A stretch of DNA of 64,000 nt from Macrostomum lignano (taxonomy: Eukaryota). The stretch covers positions 62,001 to 126,000 of the forward strand of contig NIVC01000832.1 in NCBI GenBank assembly GCA_002269645.1, in the 5' to 3' direction. The notes under the pieces are model-generated. The model was not told the DNA's origin. It was given only the letters and a program-made list of their open reading frames with translations, and did no database searches. Of the stretch, positions 58,001-64,000 are shown piece after piece (the stretch's first letter is position 1; each line of letters opens with the position of its first letter). Position numbers and translations under genes: made by a program.

Positions 58001-61000
58001 ATTGCATCAAAGCTCTCACCTTGGCGCTTCTGAGTTATTGCTACTCGATGACTCAGTTAATTGCTGCGACAAGACCTGCTGCGGTGGTGGCGGAGGCGGC
58101 GGGCTCCGTCTTTTATCCACAGCATTGTCTTGACAACCAATAGACGGGTCACTATCGAATTTCTTTCGCCCAGAGGATCCGCCCTGATTCTCGCCTTCAT
58201 CGTCGGTGCTCCGCTCGCTGTCCTCATCGTCATCGTCTTCATCGCCCTCTTTCTCCTCGCCGATGGAGGGGAGAGTGATGGCTGGCATGATGGTCGAGTG
58301 CTCGTTCAGGTACTCTTCCTCCTGCAGTTGATTGGGTGTGCAACGCTTCTGGCAATCCAGTGTCTGCATCTGCTGCTTCTCTCTGTCATCCCCTCTCCCT
58401 CCGCCATCCCCTCTCCCTGTAATCCCCTCTCCCTCCGCCATCCCCTCTCCCTCTGCCATCCCCTCTCCCTGTAATCCCCTCTCCCTCTGCCATCCCCTCT
58501 TCATCTGCCATCCCCTCTCCCTCTGCCATCCAGGCCTCTGTTATCTCCTCTCCCTCTGCCATCCAGGCCTCTGTTATCCCCTCTCCTTCTGCCATCCCCT
58601 CTCCCCTGTCGAACCTCAAGGTCGCTGCCCTCGCGCATATTGTAAGTCAAATCGTGCAGCAAATCCTCTTTAAACTTCTCGTGATACTCCGGGTACTGCA
58701 GCAGCAGTTCGATTAGGCCTTTCAGCTCTATGCACTGCACGTCGCAGTAGGTCAGGGAGCGAACGTCGCACATCGATCGCATGAGGCCATCCGGGTTCTT
58801 TATGTCCGTGCCGAATAAATCACCTTTGCCTTGAAGGTTTGAGCAGTGTTGAAGCAGTTGAATTCATACTTAATTTTATTATACTTAGTAGTTTATGAAC
58901 CCATGATAATCCAAAAGCAAATGCTCTCATCAAACGAACCCATATTCAACTCCCCAAACCTATCATCTCCATATTCACATCCCAAGCCAGAACACTCACC
59001 CAGAATCGCCACAACCATATTCTCTTTGAGAATCTCCATGGACCCGTTCACGACAAAGTAGATGTATTTGAGCACATCGCCGGAGTGGACAAGATACTCT
59101 TCTGGGCGGCAGAATACTGTCTGGATTTGTTGAGCAATCGCTTTCAGACAGCCCTGACTTGCGGTCTCAAAGATTGGCAGAGACAAAATCTCTCGGTTGA
59201 GGTGTAGGGCGATGTCGCCTCTGAGCTCCTCCGGGAAATCTTTCATTATCTGGAATGAGGTGTGCGTTATGGAGCAGGTGGGGATATGTGTGTTTATGGG
59301 ACAGGTGAGAGAGTCGGGAAGTGTGTTTATGGGACAGATGAGAGAGTCAGGCAGTGTGTTTATGCAAAAGGTGAGAGAATGTGTTTATGGGACAGGTGAG
59401 AGAGTCGGGCAGTGTATTTATGCTACAGGTGAGAGAATCGGGCAGTGTGTTTATGCTACAGGTGAGAGAATCGGGCAGTGTGTTTATGCTACAGGTGAGA
59501 TAATCGGGCAGTGTGTTTATGCTACAGGTGAGAGAATCGGGCAGTGTGTTTATGCTACAGGTGAGAGAATCGGGCAGTGTGTTTATGCTACAGGTGAGAG
59601 AATCGGGCAGTGTGTTTATGCTACAGGTGAGATAATCGGGCAGTGTGTTTATGCTACAGGTGAGAGAATCGGGCAGTGTGTTTATGCTACAGGTGAGAGA
59701 ATCGGGCAGTGTGTTTATGCTACAGGTGAGATAATCGGGCAGTGTGTTTATGCTACAGGTGAGAGAATCGGGCAGTGTGTTTATGCTACAGGTGAGAGAA
59801 TCGGGCAGTGTGTTTATGCTACAGGTGAGAGAATCGGGCAGTGTGTTTATGCTACAGGTGAGAGAATCGGGCAGTGTGTTTATGCTACAGGTGAGATAAT
59901 CGGGCAGTGTGTTTATGCTACAGGTGAGAGAATCGGGCAGTGTGTTTATGCTACAGGTGAGAGAATCGGGCAGTGTGTTTATGCTACAGGTGAGAGAATC
60001 GGGCAGTGTGTTTATGCTACAGGTGAGATAATCGGACACACCTCGCTAGGGTTGATGCCCCTGTTGATTGACCACATGGCCTGGAAGAACTCCTGCATCC
60101 TCCGCTTCAAGTGTTTCGGTATGTGATGAGTTCTCGTGAAGTCTTTCAGCTCCTGAGTCTTGGCAGTGTAGGCCGCCCTCTTGGCGTACATTTTCTGGAT
60201 GAGGGCGGTCACGTTTCCAAAAACGGCCGCGTGCATCAGGGCTGCGAAGTTAGGGATTAGGGAAGTTTAGGGATAAATCCTTGATGACGGGCAGTTCAGG
60301 ATCTCTCATAAGTGTAGAATCCATAAATTTATTTACAGACGAGTGAAACTCCTCCGCCAGCTTTCCGGACCGTCGAGATATTCGACGATTCTGCCAGAAG
60401 GTCGGATTTTTTCCATAAGTGCTACTGTATTCAGTACACCCCTGTGCGCCTCTGTCCATAGTCACCTGGTGCAACCTGTTGAAGGTCCAGAAGCTCCGCC
60501 CAGGTGAAGGCCAGCGATCAAAAAAGTCAGAGCTGATGCAGACACATGTGGCTAACGTGCTGATGAAATTTAGAGGCTTGGCAAGGCTGCAGTGAGGCGC
60601 AGTGCTGATCGGCGCACATGGGTGTACTGAATACATTAGCGCTTTTGGAAAAAATTCGACCTTCTGGTAGAATATCTCGACAGTCCGGAGGGCTCGCGAC
60701 TTGATTCTTGTTTGAGACGTTGCGCAACAAAAAGCTACCCCGCGTTCTTGAATTTGGCGTGCTTGCGTTGCTCAGTTCCGGCGCAGCAAAAAAATTGTCG
60801 GTTGGGGGGAGTCCCCCATTGATATATTAGTTCTACTGAGAAAAGTCGAGCATCTGAATAGTTCCGATACCTAATGGACTGGCGATTAAATCCCAGGATT
60901 AGACCTTAGATCAAGGAGGTCGGATTGCATAATTTTTATTTACATCCTGCAAATGAAATGAAATTCAATAGTTTAATTGAACAGTGAGTTCCGATTTCTT

Positions 61001-63860
61001 ATTTAGCATTTCAGGGAACCGTTTGAATGAAGCCAACTTTACCTGTTTTTATCTGTATCTATCAATTGCAACCCCACCCTTATTAGGGGATGTTTGCACA
61101 CAAACCCAAACTAAACTTGATCAGGTAATTTGGGGTTGCTTGTTTCAAAACTACCCTATATTTAATTTCTCAGGTAATTAGGGTTTTCAGCACCCAACCA
61201 TCTTTAATTACTCAGGTAATTAGGGTTTTCAGCACCCAACCATCTTTAATTACTCAGGTAATTAGGGTTTTCAGCACCCAACCATCTTTAATGCTCAGGT
61301 AATTAGGGTTTTCAGCACCCAACCATCTTTAATGCTCAGGTAATTAGGGTTTTCAGCCCCCAACCATCTTTAATTTCTCAGGTAATTGGGGTTTTCAGCC
61401 CCCAACCATCATTAAATTCTAAGGTAATTAGGGTTTTCAACCCCCAACCATCTTTAATTTCTCAGGTAATTAGGGTTTTCAGCACCCAACCATCTTTAAT
61501 GCTCAGGTAATTAGGGTTTTCAGCCCCCAACCATCTTTAATTTCTCAGGTAATTAGGGTTTTCAGCACCCAACCATCTTTAATTACTCAGGTAATTAGGA
61601 GTTTTCAACGCCCAACCCATATTTAAATACTCAGGTAATTAGGGTTTTCAGCACCCAACCATCTTTAATTTCTCAGGTAATTAGGGTTTTCAGCCCCCCA
61701 ACCGTCTTTAATTTCTCAGGTAATTAGGGTTTTCAGCCCCCAACCATCTTTAATTTCTTAGGTAATTAGGGTTTTAAGCCCCCAACCATCTTTAATTTCT
61801 CAGGTAATTAGGGTTTTCAGCACCCAACCATCTTTAATTTCTCAGGTAATTGGGGTTTTCAGCCCCCAACCATCTTTAATTTCTCAGGTAATTAGGATTT
61901 TCAGCCCCCAACCATCTTTAATTACTCAGGTAATTAGGGTTTTCAGCCCCCAACCATCTTTAATTTCTCAGGTAATTAGGATTTTCAGCCCCCAACCATC
62001 TTTAATTACTCAGGTAATTAGGAGTTTCAGCACCCAACCATCTTTAATTACTCAGGTAATTAGGGTTTTCAGCACCCAACCATCTTTAATTACTCAGGTA
62101 ATTAGGGTTTTCAGCACCAAACCATCTTTAATTTCTCAGGTAATTAGGGTTTTCAGCACCCAACCATCTTTAATTACTCAGGTAATTAGGTGTACTCAAA
62201 ATCCACCTATCTTAAAGTACTCAATATCAAAACTCGTAAATGTTTTTCAGCTCTCACTCCATAATTTTAGCCCAGGTAATTATGATTTGTTCAAACAGCC
62301 GCACTATCTTTAACTACCCAAGAGGCAATTATGAGTTATTTTATTAGCACCCACCCCATTTTAATTGCCGAGGTAATTAGGATTATTAACACCTATTCAT
62401 CTTACCTCCAATCAGCATCACGCAGATGCTGAAAATCTTTTCGTGATCCGTGTTGGCAGACACGTTGCCGAACCCGATGCTCGTCAGGCTGCTGCAGGTG
62501 TAGTACAGTGCCGTGATGTAGCGCGAGGCCTTGGCGGGCCCACCCACGCTGCAGCTCCCGTTGCCGCTGGAGGCGTCCTCGTCCGGGGCGCCGGACGAGC
62601 AGGAGAAGTCGAACGGAGCGTTGATGTCGGAGCTGAGCTTGCTGATCCAGCCTGCGGGGTTCAGCGAGGCGGTGATGCTAAGGGGGGGGGGGGGCTGCTG
62701 ATACCCCAGTGTGAATATCATAGCTCTCAAATAATAGACTTATCCCACTGAGCAATGCCCCCAGTCTATAAGCGCGATAAACGGCCTCGCAGTTCCTCTG
62801 AGATTGCGGGGACACACCCAAGCCATCCTCTGCTCACACAAGACAGCCGAGCAACCCGGATATAAAAGTACTTTCCAGTCTAATTCGAGGCAGCAAAGAG
62901 TTGCAGTGAGTCGATAACACATTTTCAGCTGATAATTTACGATGCCAGCTGTGTCCGCTGCTGCCACTGGGTGGCTCGGCACAGGGCAGCGAAGATAAGT
63001 TATGCCAAACGGTTGTAAAAGTACATTTGCATTTTGTTTTTAATCGATCGACAATATGGTATCCCTTGACGTTTTGGGATCACTGCGGGAAAATTCTCAA
63101 TGAAAAAATTCTTGGCGAACTCATTGGGTGAATCCCAGCGGCCCAGAAAAAAATGCGCAGGAAATCCCACGAAAGCCGATGGGGAATTCAAGGACGCCTG
63201 CAAGGAAATCTGAGAGCCACCGCAAAAAAAACGTTGAATTTCACTTGGGAATTCCAGAAAAGCAAATAGGGAAAGCCTGGGAAGCCCCACAAAGGAATTC
63301 CAGGAAAGTCAAACAGGGAATCCGAGGTAGGCTAGCGGGGGAATCCCTTTAAATCTCGCAGGGAAATCTTATCAATATTACAGGGAAATCCCTTTGAATC
63401 TCGCAGGGGAATCCCTCCCAAGTTCACGGGGGAAATCCCTTTGAATCTCGCAGGGAAATCCCTCCCAAGTTCACGGGGGGGATGCGTTTGAATCTCGCAG
63501 GGGAATCCCTCCCAAGTTCACGGGGGGAATGCCTTTGAATCTCGCAGGGGAATCCCTCCCAAGTTCACGGGGGGAATGCCTTTGAATCTCGCAGGGGAAT
63601 CCCTCCCAAGTTCACGGGGGAAATCCCAAATAAATTTCGGTAAGATTATTCAACTGCTCACTGATCTCCCTGGTCTGGTTGACCTCCAGCTGTTTCCGGC
63701 CGATCACCAGCCAGATGCAGGCAAACCAGTGGGCGCTCAGGGCGAACATGGAGATGAGCAGCAGCAGCACCAGACTTGAGTACTGGGCGTAGCGATCGAT
63801 TTTCTGATACAGCTTGAGCAGTCTCAGCATCCTGGCCAGCTTCATCAGGTTGAAAGTTTC
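54666..63860 (-). CDS. elk: Elk-subfamily KCNH voltage-gated potassium channel, 3' part (5' exons beyond the window)
   Basis: Exons 63860-63662, 62651-62406, 60241-60042, 59249-59000, 58829-58615, about 58372-58020, 56080-55668 and 55057-54666, with consistent GT-AG phases. S4 [10 protein letters not shown], pore [42 protein letters not shown]-terminal coiled coil. Confidence 0.96.
55668..56080 (-). CDS. elk: KCNH exon (low-complexity C-terminus)
   Basis: Acceptor CCCTTCAG at 56081 and donor GTGAGC at 55667, in phase with neighbouring exons. Confidence 0.75.
58020..58372 (-). CDS. elk: KCNH exon (acidic C-terminal region)
   Basis: [17 protein letters not shown]; donor AG|GTGAG at 58020 in phase with the next exon. 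The acceptor position is ambiguous. Confidence 0.75.
58380..58610. repeat. About 18-bp purine/pyrimidine-asymmetric intronic minisatellite
   Basis: ccatcccctctccctctg variants fill the intron. Confidence 0.9.
58615..58829 (-). CDS. elk: KCNH exon (CNBHD end)
   Basis: [33 protein letters not shown]. Confidence 0.95.
59000..59249 (-). CDS. elk: KCNH exon (C-linker/CNBHD)
   Basis: [33 protein letters not shown]. Confidence 0.96.
59390..60035. repeat. 33-bp intronic tandem repeat, about 19 units
   Basis: gggcagtgtgtttatgctacaggtgagagaatc with periodic gagata variants. Confidence 0.97.
60042..60241 (-). CDS. elk: KCNH exon (S6 end, C-linker)
   Basis: [38 protein letters not shown]. Confidence 0.96.
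61160..62190. repeat. 41-42-bp intronic tandem repeat, about 24 units
   Basis: ctcaggtaattagggttttcagcacccaaccatctttaatt repeated. Confidence 0.97.
62406..62651 (-). CDS. elk: KCNH exon (pore, GFG filter, S6 start)
   Basis: [38 protein letters not shown]; donor GTAAG. Confidence 0.97.
63345..63625. repeat. About 46-47-bp intronic tandem repeat, about 6 units
   Basis: tttgaatctcgcaggggaatccctcccaagttcacggggggaatgcc repeated. Confidence 0.93.
63662..63860 (-). CDS. elk: KCNH exon (S4-S5)
   Basis: [32 protein letters not shown]; acceptor GAACAG, donor GTGAGC. Confidence 0.95.
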
Positions 63861-64000
63861 CTGTTCAAATGGATTTAGTGAAAAAAAACTGTTTTGTAAT
63901 ACCTTGCAATTCCTTATGAAATTTTCGGGAATTCTCTAAGGCATTTTTTAGAATCCCATTCCTTTTTACTAAACTTCCATTAGGTATTTTTTAGCATTCC

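Noticed and set aside
59197-60126. 309-aa and 230-aa repeat proteins on both strands
   Set aside because: These are artefacts of a stop-free 33-bp intronic repeat inside the KCNH gene.
59390-62190. CRISPR-like arrays
   Set aside because: Units are head-to-tail with no unique spacers, there are no cas genes, and the context is eukaryotic.
61160-62190. Telomeric repeat (TTAGGG)
   Set aside because: Only one TTAGGG per 42-bp unit; not a tandem telomere tract.

Overview
This is eukaryotic (animal, probably invertebrate) genomic DNA. About 1-50 kb is a nested transposon graveyard, and 51.8-64 kb holds two convergent host genes. (1) 175-9320: a decayed, rearranged Polinton/Maverick (adintovirus-like) element. 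It carries a PLA2-like/rve integrase, the C-terminal half of the major capsid protein, penton, adenain-type protease, a modular repeat/discoidin/lectin fibre and the C-terminus of the protein-primed polymerase. The polymerase is fused in frame to a Crypton-type tyrosine recombinase fragment. The element contains a family of 32-bp GC-rich double hairpins with covarying stems and AT..AT flanks, several of them in frame inside genes; this is the most novel signal in the window. (2) 13-28 kb: foldbacks, satellites, MITEs, a Gypsy integrase plus LTR, an RTE LINE and nested LINE/LTR fragments. (3) 30-43 kb: two distinct I/Jockey-group LINE families whose ORF1 carries an AlkB (ALKBH2/3-like) 2OG-Fe(II) dioxygenase upstream of the CCHC knuckles. 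(4) 45 kb: a capsid fragment from a second Polinton lineage, followed by SINEs and a hAT MITE. (5) A two-exon tetraspanin (+) and eight exons of an Elk-type KCNH potassium channel (-) whose introns are filled with minisatellites. Family assignments come from motifs recognised by eye; no database searches were run.
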